This document shows positions 10,812 to 20,296 of a stretch of DNA of 64,000 bases, one piece after another. The notes under the pieces were generated by a model. It saw only the letters and a list, made by a program, of their open reading frames with translations, was not told the DNA's origin and ran no database searches. The position numbers and the translations under genes were made by a program. This DNA is from Candidatus Eremiobacteria bacterium. Its GTDB lineage: Bacteria > Vulcanimicrobiota > Vulcanimicrobiia > Vulcanimicrobiales > Vulcanimicrobiaceae. How positions within the stretch are numbered: the first letter of the stretch is position 1; every line of letters begins with the position of its first letter. The stretch covers positions 128,001 to 192,000 of the forward strand of contig CAVTRC010000001.1 in the NCBI GenBank assembly GCA_963737065.1, given 5' to 3'.

Positions 10812-10838
10812 CTAGCAGTCGCGGTCAACGACTGCCAA
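10812..10838. promoter_or_regulatory. CIRCE-like operator (HrcA site) upstream of the FmdB gene
   Basis: CTAGCAGTC-N9-GACTGCCAA versus consensus TTAGCACTC-N9-GAGTGCTAA; next to a TGgTATAAA extended -10 on the minus strand. Confidence 0.75.
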
Positions 10839-10864
10839 CGCATGCGCGTCAGGCGCAACGCGGT

Positions 10865-11362
10865 TTAGAAGTATGGAAGCTCGCTGTGATGGTGTTCGAC
10901 GAGACCCTTGAAGTGCATGAGCGAATCGGAAAGGACGCGTTCGAATTTCCGACCGTTTTTCCATGAATCCATTATGGCGCCAACCGCCCCGCCGTAGGCC
11001 GGGTAGGACAGCTTGACATGAATCCTCGCGCGCGACGTTTTGCGCTCGATCCGAAAATCGATGCGGCGGCGCACTGAGAACGCGCCGACGAGCGACAGAT
11101 GGTAATTGGTGATGAATTGGTCGACTTCGTACAGCTGTTCTTCTTCGCCGGGAAGCGTCGACCGGACGATCACTTCGGAGCCAAGCGCGATCGCAGCGGA
11201 CGGCTTCGCCGGTGTTGCGCGCCGAATGCAAGAGAGCCACACAGGCCATTTCTCGACCGAGCAAAGGAGCGCGAACGCCTCTTCGGCGGGAGAATCCAGA
11301 TCCACGCTTGCGCTGTACGACCGCAGCCCGGGGCGGGCAAGGGCATCGGTCATGATAGCCAT
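10865..11362 (-). CDS. SRPBCC/polyketide cyclase family protein
   Basis: SVDLDSPAEEAFALLCSVEKWPVW and C-terminal helix SLMHFKGLVE. Confidence 0.8.
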   Translation of the reverse strand: MAIMTDALARPGLRSYSASVDLDSPAEEAFALLCSVEKWPVWLSCIRRATPAKPSAAIALGSEVIVRSTLPGEEEQLYEVDQFITNYHLSLVGAFSVRRRIDFRIERKTSRARIHVKLSYPAYGGAVGAIMDSWKNGRKFERVLSDSLMHFKGLVEHHHSELPYF

Positions 11363-11435
11363 GGACCGACAGCTTCGTCATACTACTCGTTGTGCCTTCA
11401 GACGTTGCGCACACTATCAGTAGCGGTTCAGGCGC

Positions 11436-12608
11436 CTAGTTGTTTTGCCCGCCGCCGACGAACCGCGCGAAGGCGACCAGCGTCTCGACGCCGACCGGCA
11501 GCGCCGCTTCATCGATGCGAAACTGCGCGCTATGTCCGGGATGAACCGATTGCGCGGATTCGCTGCGAATGCCGAGCCGTACGTGCACACCCGGCACGCG
11601 CTGCGCAAAATATGCGAAGTCTTCGCCGCCCATCGTGGGCGGCAAGCACTCGACGCGAACGTCTTCGCGCGCGCGCATATGTGCTGCAAAAGCCTCGGCA
11701 AGCCGCTCGTCGTTCACGACGGGCGGATATCCGCGCACGATGCGGACTTCCGCGGTTGCACCGTAGGCGGCCGAGACGTTGTTCACGATGCGGCGAACGC
11801 GCGGGTCGAGTGCATCGCGAATAGCCGGATCGTGCGCGCGCAACGTGCCCGACATTTGGACTTCATCGGCGATGACGTTGTTGCGATAGCCGCCGCTAAT
11901 CGTTCCGATCGTGACGACGACACTTTTGAGCGGATCGGTTTCTCGCGCCGCAATGTTCTGCAGCGCAAGCACGATTGCACTCGCCGCCGGAATGGCATCG
12001 ACCGCGGTGTGCGGATATGCGCCGTGTCCGCCCTTTCCGCGCACCGTGATGTACAGTTCGTCCGCCGATGCGTTGACCGGTCCCGGCGTAATGCTGATCT
12101 CTCCCGGTGCGATACGCGGATCGACGTGGAGCATTGCAACGGCTTCAACCTTCGGATCGTCGAGCGCGCCGCCGGCAATCATCGGTTGCGCGCCGCCCGG
12201 GCCCTCTTCCGCCGGTTGAAATAACAACACGGCCGTACCCGCAAACGACGCACGCGTGGCATGCAGGACGTGCGCGGCACCGAGCAGCATCGCCGTGTGC
12301 GCGTCGTGACCGCACGCGTGCATCTTGCCGTCGACTTCGGATGCATACGGAAGATCGGTGCGCTCCGTAATCGGCAACGCATCCATATCGGCGCGCAAAC
12401 CAACGACGTGCCCGGGAAGCGCGCCGCGCACGACGCCGACGATCCCGGTCTTTGCAACCCGGCGATGCGGAATCGCGAGCGCATCGAGTTCCGCCTCGAC
12501 GAGCGCGCTGGTGCGATGCTCTTCGAACCCGAGTTCAGGATGGCGGTGGATTGCACGACGCAGCTCCACGACGCGATCGGCGATCGTTGCGGGAACACGC
12601 TCAATCAT
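11436..12608 (-). CDS. M20D family amidohydrolase
   Basis: [48 protein letters not shown]. Confidence 0.93.
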   Translation of the reverse strand: MIERVPATIADRVVELRRAIHRHPELGFEEHRTSALVEAELDALAIPHRRVAKTGIVGVVRGALPGHVVGLRADMDALPITERTDLPYASEVDGKMHACGHDAHTAMLLGAAHVLHATRASFAGTAVLLFQPAEEGPGGAQPMIAGGALDDPKVEAVAMLHVDPRIAPGEISITPGPVNASADELYITVRGKGGHGAYPHTAVDAIPAASAIVLALQNIAARETDPLKSVVVTIGTISGGYRNNVIADEVQMSGTLRAHDPAIRDALDPRVRRIVNNVSAAYGATAEVRIVRGYPPVVNDERLAEAFAAHMRAREDVRVECLPPTMGGEDFAYFAQRVPGVHVRLGIRSESAQSVHPGHSAQFRIDEAALPVGVETLVAFARFVGGGQNN

Positions 12609-12627
12609 TGGGCAACCCGTTCTGCCA

Positions 12628-13371
12628 ATGATCGGACCCGACCTCGCCCTTGCCACACTGATCAATCGCGCGGGAAGCGTCTACGTTTCAAACGCGCCGG
12701 CGTATATCACGTACAACGAGCACACGCACGTTGAAGGCGGCGGACGCTCCGAAGACATCGACCGCGCGGTCAGCGTGCGCGTTGCCGACAATTTTGCCGT
12801 CATGCAAGATCTACCGAACGGCGCCGTGCGGACCGGCTCAGCGTTTCCGGTTATCCCGTTCTTCGATCCGTTTTCGACTTTCCGGTTCAGCTACTTTGCG
12901 AATCTGAAGAAGATCGACATCACGTTCGATCCGGGAAAACCATACTATTTCAAGCTGCCTGATTCCGACGCGAGCGTCGACGTCGTCGTTCCGTACATCA
13001 GCGAATTTGCGCCGCGCTACGCGCCCGATTCAACGCCTGATGCGTTGCATCTTCTCGTCGATCCGACGCCGCGCACGGGCGACGCATTCTATCCGACCGA
13101 AGTTCGCGAAGATCCGTCGACGCAGTTGCCGTCGCTCGTCGCGATGCAAGTGAACGGCAGCGACATGGCCATTACGCTCGAATATTCGATCGTCGACGGC
13201 CATTGGCTCATTACGCGAGGCACGTTCAGCGCGACGCAACATGTCTTCGTCAGCACGATCAAAGTGACGGCCACGACGGTGTTTTCGGATTTTACGTTCC
13301 CGGCTGCCGCGCCGGACCCACGTTTGGCGGGTAGTCCTAGTCCTCGTCCGAGCGCGACAGCATTGCCATGA
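12628..13371 (+). CDS. Hypothetical protein
   Basis: Protein-like composition from ATG 12628 ([10 protein letters not shown]); upstream part of the ORF is only antisense to the M20 gene. Confidence 0.7.
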   Translation: MIGPDLALATLINRAGSVYVSNAPAYITYNEHTHVEGGGRSEDIDRAVSVRVADNFAVMQDLPNGAVRTGSAFPVIPFFDPFSTFRFSYFANLKKIDITFDPGKPYYFKLPDSDASVDVVVPYISEFAPRYAPDSTPDALHLLVDPTPRTGDAFYPTEVREDPSTQLPSLVAMQVNGSDMAITLEYSIVDGHWLITRGTFSATQHVFVSTIKVTATTVFSDFTFPAAAPDPRLAGSPSPRPSATALP

Positions 13372-13633
13372 GCGAGAGCTTCGACTCTTGCATCAGCCGT
13401 GCGAGCTTCACCGCGCAATAGCCGCAGAACACGAACGATGGAGCGGCGATCATGAGCAGACTCGCCACCATAAAGTTCGATTGATCGGCGCTTAGGAAAT
13501 TAGTCGACGCAGCAATCGCCCAGCGTGCGGCAATGACGCATAAAAGACCGACAACGGGCGCGCCGATCGTCCAAACGAGAAGTCGAGGCGCAACTTTACG
13601 CGCCCGCTCTTTTTTGTACCAGTCGTGTAGCAT
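13337..13633 (-). CDS. Small two-TM membrane protein
   Basis: Two hydrophobic stretches, ATG start. Confidence 0.55.
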   Translation of the reverse strand: MLHDWYKKERARKVAPRLLVWTIGAPVVGLLCVIAARWAIAASTNFLSADQSNFMVASLLMIAAPSFVFCGYCAVKLARLMQESKLSLMAMLSRSDED

Positions 13634-13819
13634 GGCTCATCTAAAGTTTCGTCGGAACAACGTGAAATTTGTACTTGCCTGGATAACAGACTAGCCGGGA
13701 CAAGTTCGAGGTTTTGTTCTCGTTCGCGGGCTGGAATCTTTGCGATGCGTGCGGCCAAGCGAGCACGTCGGCGCGCATATGTGGCGTTAGACGCGCGGTT
13801 CGGCGGGCACGAACAACTC

Positions 13820-14338
13820 ATGCAAAGGCAAACAACAATTGCGCCCGCGCAAGGCGCGACTGCGATTGACATTCTCGTCAACGATCACCGCACGATAAAG
13901 AACCTGCTCGCTCGCCTGGCCGATAGCCGGTCGCGCGAAGAACGCATGCAATGCCTCAAGGAACTGCAAGGCGTCTTAACCGTGCACAACGCGACGGAAG
14001 AAAACCTCGTCTATCCAGCGCTGAACAGAATCGGCAAGAAAATGTTCGAGTCGTTGCACCTCTACTATGAAACGGCGAACGCTGCTATCCACGCATTCGA
14101 AATTGATACGATGCTCAAAGAGGGCGCCGACGACGACAAAATTCAGGCGAAGGTTGAAAAATTCCGCGATGCGATCTTGGAACACATCGATGACGAAGAG
14201 AATAAAGCGTTCCCGCATCTGCAAGAAGCGGCGGACGGGACGGAACGGCAACAACTGAACCAGTCGGTGCAAACGTTCCGCGGTTCCATCAGCTTTGAGC
14301 CGATGGACGGGCCGCCGGACGAACTGACGAATCGATAA
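13820..14338 (+). CDS. Hemerythrin/HHE domain protein
   Basis: ILVNDHRTI, HNATEENLVYP, EHIDDEENKAFP. Confidence 0.85.
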   Translation: MQRQTTIAPAQGATAIDILVNDHRTIKNLLARLADSRSREERMQCLKELQGVLTVHNATEENLVYPALNRIGKKMFESLHLYYETANAAIHAFEIDTMLKEGADDDKIQAKVEKFRDAILEHIDDEENKAFPHLQEAADGTERQQLNQSVQTFRGSISFEPMDGPPDELTNR

Positions 14339-14342
14339 AACG

Positions 14343-14365
14343 AGAGCCCGGCATCGCCGGGCTCT
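14343..14365. terminator. Hairpin between convergent genes
   Basis: AGAGCCCGGC-ATC-GCCGGGCTCT perfect 10-bp stem. Confidence 0.6.
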
Positions 14366-14403
14366 GGTCAATGTGGGCGGGTATTACAGAAGGAGCGTTT
14401 CCT

Positions 14404-14649
14404 TCACCGTGTTGGGACAGACGTCGACAGGTTTCCGTGAATGCAAGCTTCCGGCGCTACGGTGACACTGCCCTCGGCAATCACGTCGCCTTGCACTTCG
14501 CCTTCGATGATGGCGAGCGCACCGGCTTCGACGGTCACATTCTGATGGACGTTCGCATCCTCGGCGATCGTGAGACGCGTTCCGCGCGCTGCGCGAACGT
14601 CCCCTTGCACTTCACCGTGCACTTCGTAGTCGCGAAAGACCTCTGACAT
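14404..14649 (-). CDS. Bactofilin / polymer-forming cytoskeletal protein
   Basis: Repeated GEVQGDV beta-helix units and ACIHGNL; GGAGG RBS before ATG. Confidence 0.75.
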   Translation of the reverse strand: MSEVFRDYEVHGEVQGDVRAARGTRLTIAEDANVHQNVTVEAGALAIIEGEVQGDVIAEGSVTVAPEACIHGNLSTSVPTR

Positions 14650-14699
14650 GGCGCCTCCTAGCAAGCAAAGAGCCGCGCGTCGCGAGGCTCTTCATATCA

Positions 14700-14790
14700 T
14701 GGCGGAGAGGGTGAGATTCGAACTCACGGTACCCTCATCAGGTACGCCCGCTTTCGAGGCGGGTGCCTTCAACCACTCGACCACCTCTCC
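14700..14790 (-). tRNA. tRNA-Ser(CGA)
   Basis: GGAGAGG acceptor, CCCGC-CTCGAAA-GCGGG anticodon arm, long variable arm, CCA. Confidence 0.97.
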
Positions 14791-14817
14791 CCAATGTGTC
14801 GATTCGCGCGTCCGTAA

Positions 14818-15304
14818 CTACCCCGTTTGCGACGGGATACCTTCATCCTCGACGTTTTGACGCTTTTGCCGAAAGTACCGTTGCAACTGCGCTGCGGTTT
14901 CTCTTTCCAATACACCGGCGGTCACTTCCAGCCGGTGATTTGTTTTCGGATGAGCGCAGAATGTCGAACGCTCCGCCGTCCGCGCCGCCCTTCGGATCGC
15001 TCGCGCCGTAGACGACGCGTTTGATGCGCGCGGCGATCATTGCACCGGCACACATGACGCACGGTTCTTTCGTGACGTACAGCGTTGCATCCGATAAACG
15101 CCACACGCCGAGGCGTTGCGCCGCCTCGCGCAATAGAATCATCTCTGCATGCGCCGTTGCATCGGGACGCGACTCTTTTTCGTTTCTTGCTTCGAGAACG
15201 AGATCGCCGGAAACGAGCACCGCGCCGATCGGCACGTCACCTGCGTCCGCAGCTCGATCGGCAAGCTGCATCGCGCGGTGTATGTACGCTTCGTCTTCCG
15301 TCAT
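14818..15304 (-). CDS. tadA: tRNA adenosine(34) deaminase, one apparent extra base near 14950
   Basis: DVPIGAV, HAE and EPCVMC zinc motifs; canonical C-terminus NHRLEVTAGVLERETAAQLQRYFRQKR lies in the shifted frame ending at TAG 14818. Confidence 0.92.
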
Positions 15305-15322
15305 TGCAGTTGTGAAATTACT

Positions 15323-15395
15323 CGCGCCCGAGATGACTCGAACATCCAACCTTCGCCTTCGGAGGGCGACGCTCTATCCATTGAGCTACGGGCGC
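15323..15395 (-). tRNA. tRNA-Arg(CCG)
   Basis: GCGCCCG/CGGGCGC acceptor, TCGCC-CTCCGAA-GGCGA anticodon arm; CCA not encoded. Confidence 0.95.
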
Positions 15396-15408
15396 AGGCT
15401 CCGCCCCG

Positions 15409-15636
15409 TTATTCCGGAGCGCTTCCCGATGCGGGAAGGTGTTTGAACAGGTCAAGCTTATGATCGACCAGCGAACGATAGAACTTCCGCACGCAGTCGG
15501 GGTGACCGAAGAAATACGTCCTCGCGTACGCGAGGTCGTCGCCGGAGCTATCCGGCACGTAGTGCGAGATCTCGATCTCTTCCATCTGGTTCCGGTCGAC
15601 CGGATGGGGACAGAAATCGCACGGGATCGTGGACAT
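15409..15636 (-). CDS. Small putative zinc-binding protein (CxxC...HxxC)
   Basis: MSTIPCDFC...GHPDC; GAGG RBS upstream. Confidence 0.65.
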   Translation of the reverse strand: MSTIPCDFCPHPVDRNQMEEIEISHYVPDSSGDDLAYARTYFFGHPDCVRKFYRSLVDHKLDLFKHLPASGSAPE

Positions 15637-15690
15637 TGAAGCACCTCTAGAACGGGAACGGCCGTCCGTCGGACGGCCGCACCTCAAGAC

Positions 15691-15765
15691 TGGTGACTCG
15701 GGTAGGATTTGAACCTACGACCAAGGGCTTATGAGTCCCCTGCTCTACCACTGAGCTACCGAGCC
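15691..15765 (-). tRNA. tRNA with CAT anticodon (elongator Met or Ile2; not initiator)
   Basis: GGCTCGG acceptor with paired first base, CTCATAA loop, CCA. Confidence 0.93.
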
Positions 15766-15848
15766 GTGCGCGTTGTGTCGTTTTCGACACCTGACTGTAG
15801 CAGAACTCTCCGCGAGGTGCAACGCCCGGACGCAGCTAAACGGCCGGC

Positions 15849-17405
15849 ATGGGCAAGCACGGTTGTGCGCGGTTTTTTGTCGCGCTCGCTATGTCTACGA
15901 GTGCGGTGACTTTTGTATGTTCGACGGCAGCGCGCGCGCCGGCCGAGGACGGCACCGAACTTTTGCAGCGACATCGTCAGTACGTCGGATGGCAGTTCGG
16001 CGATCCGGCGTTCCACTTCGTACGCGCGACGTGGCTCGAAGACGAAACCACGAACGGCAAAACGCAAACAGCCGCTCATGTCACGACGATCCGCGCGAAC
16101 GTGGTTTTCCGGACGACGGCCGTCGATGCGAAAACGCAGTTTGAGACCGATTCCGGATACACCGGAAACATATTCTGGACGACAAACCAGAACGGCTTCA
16201 TCCGGCCGATTATAGGCGACGCGGAAAAAGCGATGATCGCGCGCGAGGTTGTGTTGAACGAAGCAGCAACCTCGCTGCCCGGCACGTTCAAACGCACCGA
16301 AGCGGTGGACGGCGTCGAGACGTCGGTCGTGCACGTTCAACCCGAGAACGCAGACGGGATCGATCTCTACATCGACCCGTCGAGCGGCGCGTACAAGCGC
16401 GTAGTGATCGATCCCGACGGCCCGTATCAAGCCGCGATCGACATCGTCTCGTACAAGCCGGTACGGGACGGGAAAAGAGTCATCAGCGCATACAAGACGC
16501 GGCAAGGCCGATATACGTTTCGCCTCGACACGATAGAGCTTCCGCAGTCGATCGATGCGCAAGCGTTTGCACCGCCCAAGCAGACTGCTACGTGGCACTT
16601 TGATCCGTCGCATGCTGCCGTCCCGCTAACACTGAACTGGTATCGTCAGCGACGTATCTATTTCACCGCAAAGATAAACGGCGTCGACGGCAAGTTCATC
16701 CTCGATACGGGCGCCGGTGCCGGCATCGTCTTTACGAAGAGCTTCGCCGACAAACTGAAGCTCAAGCAACTGAAAAGCTCGCAGGCGCTTGGAGTGGGCG
16801 GTTCCGTCATCACACAATCGGCGCTCGTCGACTCGATCACCATCGGCGGAAACACCCTCTCGCACGTCGCGGCCTCCTTTCAGGACACCGCGCTCGACGC
16901 CGATGGACTGATGGGATTCGATTTGTTCGCAGGAGTCGTCGCACACGTCGATCTCGACAAACTCGCCCTTACGCTCTACGACCCGTCCACCGACATTTCA
17001 ACGCTCGCGCACGGCGTCAGTGCAACGGTCGATCTCGAAAACGGCATCCCCGCAGTCCCGATGAAGATGAACGGTCGCATCGACGTGAACGCGCAATTGG
17101 ACACCGGTAACCCGCTCTTCATGTTGTTCCCTCGCGGGCTTATCTATAGCGACCACGTGAGGATGTATCGGCGCGCCGCCTTCGTCCGCGGCATTGCCGG
17201 ATACGAACTCGACGAATGCGGAACGATCGATTCGCTTACGATGGGACCGATCGATTATACGGGCGTCGCTGCGTGCGCGAGCCCCTCCTACACCGGACAT
17301 AACATTTTGGTGGGTTTAGATTTCATTCGTCACTTCAATCTATGGTTCGACTATCCGCGGTCGGCAATGGTGTTCGAACCTCGCGCCAGCGTACCGGACC
17401 CGTAA
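15849..17405 (+). CDS. Secreted protein with two retropepsin-like aspartyl protease domains
   Basis: Signal peptide; FILDTGA...DGLMGFDLF and AQLDTGN...ILVGLDFI. Confidence 0.85.
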   Translation: MGKHGCARFFVALAMSTSAVTFVCSTAARAPAEDGTELLQRHRQYVGWQFGDPAFHFVRATWLEDETTNGKTQTAAHVTTIRANVVFRTTAVDAKTQFETDSGYTGNIFWTTNQNGFIRPIIGDAEKAMIAREVVLNEAATSLPGTFKRTEAVDGVETSVVHVQPENADGIDLYIDPSSGAYKRVVIDPDGPYQAAIDIVSYKPVRDGKRVISAYKTRQGRYTFRLDTIELPQSIDAQAFAPPKQTATWHFDPSHAAVPLTLNWYRQRRIYFTAKINGVDGKFILDTGAGAGIVFTKSFADKLKLKQLKSSQALGVGGSVITQSALVDSITIGGNTLSHVAASFQDTALDADGLMGFDLFAGVVAHVDLDKLALTLYDPSTDISTLAHGVSATVDLENGIPAVPMKMNGRIDVNAQLDTGNPLFMLFPRGLIYSDHVRMYRRAAFVRGIAGYELDECGTIDSLTMGPIDYTGVAACASPSYTGHNILVGLDFIRHFNLWFDYPRSAMVFEPRASVPDP

Positions 17406-17409
17406 GACG

Positions 17410-18879
17410 CTAGCAACCGCGCGTTGAGCTAAACAAGACGTACGCGTCGGTGCCGTGCACCAGCAACGGATTCGTGACCGCTCGCCGCTCCATATCGACG
17501 TACGACGATGCCGGCAGCGGAAGCGCTGCAGCAGCAGCCGAGCGCGAGTCATTCGCAACCACGTATCCGCCGCTAAACTTTCGGAAAAATAACGAGCCGC
17601 TCGACGCATACGGTCCGCATGCGGTGCCGATGCGCGCGTCAACCGTCGCGTACTCCGGGAAGTACGACGGTGCGCCATACGGCCCGCTCGTTACAAAAAA
17701 CGCGGCGTGGCCGAGATTGCCCAGTAAGTAGGAACCGACCGCCCACGACAACTGGGACGGCGTGATCTGCGCGGTTGGGCAACACCCGGATGAATGTTTG
17801 TTGAACTTGTCAATCGCGAGAAACGTCGCGTGAGATTGCCAGAATGTCATGTATCGCAGCGTGCGTCCCAGCAGTCCGCCGCGTATATACGTCCCATAGC
17901 CCGCGAAACCGGACTCGTCGAGGTTCGCGTCGGCGTTTTGTGCCAGTGTTTGCTCGTGCGGATCCGTCGGCTCGCCCGTTGGATGATTGATGACCAAGCG
18001 CAGATGGTGCGGCGCAATCGATGCGTCGGTCGTGAGCGTTTGCTTTGCAAGCTTCACCCATGTTGCAACGTCGGATGCCCACTTCGGATCGTAGTTTGGG
18101 AAGCCGCCGCCGCTCGCCCCCCACTTCCGAACGAATCGCGTGAAATTCGCACCACTGTACACACCGCAGCCGAACCATCCCGGTTGCTGGTTTCCGTCGA
18201 AATCAAAGAAGACGGTTTGGTCGGTCCCAATTGCCGTATCGTGACGAGCGATTGCAGCGCGCGCAGCAATGTCCATCTGATACGTCACGACATCGCGATT
18301 GCTGATGTCGAGCGGAACGCCTTGTAAACCGGGTTGATATGCGACGGTTGTCGTCGGCCGATTGTGCGCGTCGCAATCGTAGACGATCCAGTCGGGATGG
18401 TTGGCTTTGAACCACGCGAGGTTGCTGCCGCCAATTCGATTCGAGTCGATGTTCGGATCGTCGACGCCTTGATACGTGTAGAGAATCGGGACAAGGGACG
18501 CATTTCCAGCGAGCCACGCTGAGGCGCTTGCACCGTAACGGCCGCTGCCTGCGCCCCACACCCAACCGACGTGATTTGCGGCCGAAGTCGCCTGCGTGGC
18601 GTTCATTTGCGTGTCGAAAACCTGCAACAGCGTCAATGCGCTCGTCGACGGCGGCGGTGGCGTTTGCGTCGGTAACGGGGTCGGCGTTACAGGGGGCGGT
18701 GGAGTTATGGGCGGGGGCGTTGCCGTTCGCGGCGGGTGTGTCGGCGTTGGCCCGGGCGCCGGAGTCGGTGTCGTGCCCGGCGGCAGTTGCGGCGGCGACG
18801 ATCCGCCTCCGCCACCGCACGCGCTCAGCGTGCCAAGAGCAAGGAAAAGAACGGCATGCACACTGGCAGAGACTCGCAT
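17410..18879 (-). CDS. Lipoprotein with Pro/Thr linker and putative glycoside-hydrolase-like domain
   Basis: LSAC lipobox, PT repeats, WFKANHPDW, LDESGF, FFRKFSGGYVVAN. Confidence 0.6.
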   Translation of the reverse strand: MRVSASVHAVLFLALGTLSACGGGGGSSPPQLPPGTTPTPAPGPTPTHPPRTATPPPITPPPPVTPTPLPTQTPPPPSTSALTLLQVFDTQMNATQATSAANHVGWVWGAGSGRYGASASAWLAGNASLVPILYTYQGVDDPNIDSNRIGGSNLAWFKANHPDWIVYDCDAHNRPTTTVAYQPGLQGVPLDISNRDVVTYQMDIAARAAIARHDTAIGTDQTVFFDFDGNQQPGWFGCGVYSGANFTRFVRKWGASGGGFPNYDPKWASDVATWVKLAKQTLTTDASIAPHHLRLVINHPTGEPTDPHEQTLAQNADANLDESGFAGYGTYIRGGLLGRTLRYMTFWQSHATFLAIDKFNKHSSGCCPTAQITPSQLSWAVGSYLLGNLGHAAFFVTSGPYGAPSYFPEYATVDARIGTACGPYASSGSLFFRKFSGGYVVANDSRSAAAAALPLPASSYVDMERRAVTNPLLVHGTDAYVLFSSTRGC

Positions 18880-18976
18880 AGTACGCCTCCCAGCTATCCA
18901 TCATCGTAACTGAACGGTGGCCGAAATACGCAAGTACGCGCTGTAGGAAAAAGATAGTAAACGAGCGAGCGCGGAG

Positions 18977-19330
18977 TTACGTTCTCAGCGCGATGAACGC
19001 TTCGGTGATGAGATCCGTGAGTTCGCGGACGCCGAGGCGTTCGAGTTGAACCAGCACCGCCGGATATCCGTTGAAATGCGGCGTTGTGAAGTACACGCGC
19101 GGATCGCGCGCAACGAGCATGTCTTTCATTTCCAAATTGCCCGTACGCACGCCGAGAATCGGGCCTGTAGGCGCGGCGTCTCCAAGCGCTTGGACGTCGG
19201 CCTTCCGCAGCGGACGCTCCCACACGAGAAGTTTCTTCTTCACCTTCCACGCAGCGTTACCGTACGATGTCTCTTCGACTACGTCAGGAAGCGTTCGAAC
19301 GATGCGCCGTACGTCGTTCCATGTTGCCAT
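18977..19330 (-). CDS. MmcQ/YjbR family protein
   Basis: MATWNDVRRIV..LP, FTTPHFNGYPAVLV. Confidence 0.88.
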   Translation of the reverse strand: MATWNDVRRIVRTLPDVVEETSYGNAAWKVKKKLLVWERPLRKADVQALGDAAPTGPILGVRTGNLEMKDMLVARDPRVYFTTPHFNGYPAVLVQLERLGVRELTDLITEAFIALRT

Positions 19331-19357
19331 CGCGAATAGCATTCGTCGCTGCGCATG

Positions 19358-19384
19358 AAAAAAGCCCGGCGAAAGCCGGGTTTT
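19358..19384 (-). terminator. Intrinsic terminator after tRNA-Arg(ACG)
   Basis: CCCGGC-TTTC-GCCGGGC followed by T6 on the minus strand. Confidence 0.85.
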
Positions 19385-19391
19385 CGTTGAA

Positions 19392-19468
19392 TGGCGCGGT
19401 CGGAGGGACTCGAACCCCCAACCTACAAGTTCGTAGCCTGTTGCTCTATCCAATTGAGCTACGACCGC
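19392..19468 (-). tRNA. tRNA-Arg(ACG)
   Basis: GCGGTCG acceptor, ACAGG-CTACGAA-CTTGT anticodon arm, CCA. Confidence 0.97.
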
Positions 19469-19562
19469 GTACGTCTTACCTGGTAAGCGACCACCGTAGA
19501 TACGGGGTCGTATTTTCATTCCCTGCTTTCACGGATGCGGCGCGCGCCGGAACCCGGCGATC

Positions 19563-19652
19563 CGGAGAGAGAGGGATTCGAACCCTCGATACGACTTTAC
19601 ATCGTATAACGGTTTAGCAAACCGCCGCCTTCAGCCGCTCGGCCATCTCTCC
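19563..19652 (-). tRNA. tRNA-Ser(GCT)
   Basis: GGAGAGA/TCTCTCC acceptor, GCGGT-TTGCTAA-ACCGT anticodon arm, long variable arm; CCA not encoded. Confidence 0.96.
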
Positions 19653-19747
19653 AAAGCAATCGATCGCATCGTCATTGCGATCAGGCGCGTGCGTTCGCTT
19701 CAGCCGCCCGCCGCGCCTGCGCAACGAGTCGCCATTTCGAACCGCCG

Positions 19748-20296
19748 TTAAGACGGCGGCGCGCTCGGTCCGGTCATGGGTGGTTCGTCAACAAACACGG
19801 CTTGTTGTGTCGCGCGCGCTGCGGGGCGGCGCGCGAGCGCCAACAGACCGTCAATCCCGAGGAAACGACCCGTCGGCAAAACGAGATTGATCGCACTGAG
19901 TACGATCGCCGCTGCGTCAAGTCCGGACCAGGCCGTCGTGTGCGTGAGCGGGCCCTTCGCGCTCAGATAGTTAAACGCGAGCACGACACCGATCAAACCG
20001 CCGAGTCGCGTGAAGAAACCGAGAAGCAGCAAACATCCTGCCACGACTTCACCTAAGCGCACGAGTTCGGCGAAGATCGATATATTCGGCAACACGGTAC
20101 TCACGAGGAATTGCCGATACGGTCCGCTCGTGTGCGCAACCGAATCGTTGAGCATCTGAACGATCGCGCCGTTGGGCGGCATGAAGTCTTGGCTTTGCGT
20201 GAACTTCGGAACGCCGTGCATCAGCCAGAACGCGCCCGCGAAAATTCGCAAGAGCGCCAGCCAAAACGCATACGTTGATGGGGACGGCAGCCTCAT
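19748..20296 (-). CDS. DoxX / TQO small subunit family membrane protein
   Basis: LLRIFAGAFWLMHGVPKF, GEVVAGCLLLLGFFTRLG, GRFLGIDG. Confidence 0.85.
   Translation of the reverse strand: MRLPSPSTYAFWLALLRIFAGAFWLMHGVPKFTQSQDFMPPNGAIVQMLNDSVAHTSGPYRQFLVSTVLPNISIFAELVRLGEVVAGCLLLLGFFTRLGGLIGVVLAFNYLSAKGPLTHTTAWSGLDAAAIVLSAINLVLPTGRFLGIDGLLALARRPAARATQQAVFVDEPPMTGPSAPPS

Noticed and set aside
14818..15304. tadA pseudogene or programmed frameshift
   Set aside because: Both halves are well conserved, the substrate tRNA is present, and similar indels occur nearby, so a sequencing error is the simplest explanation.
18650..18810. Short DNA repeats in the lipoprotein gene (also 10480-10620 and 39625-39850)
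   Set aside because: They are explained by Pro/Thr/Ser low-complexity protein linkers.
19469..19562. Possible ncRNA between tRNA-Ser and tRNA-Arg
   Set aside because: It contains only one small hairpin, consistent with an ordinary tRNA spacer.
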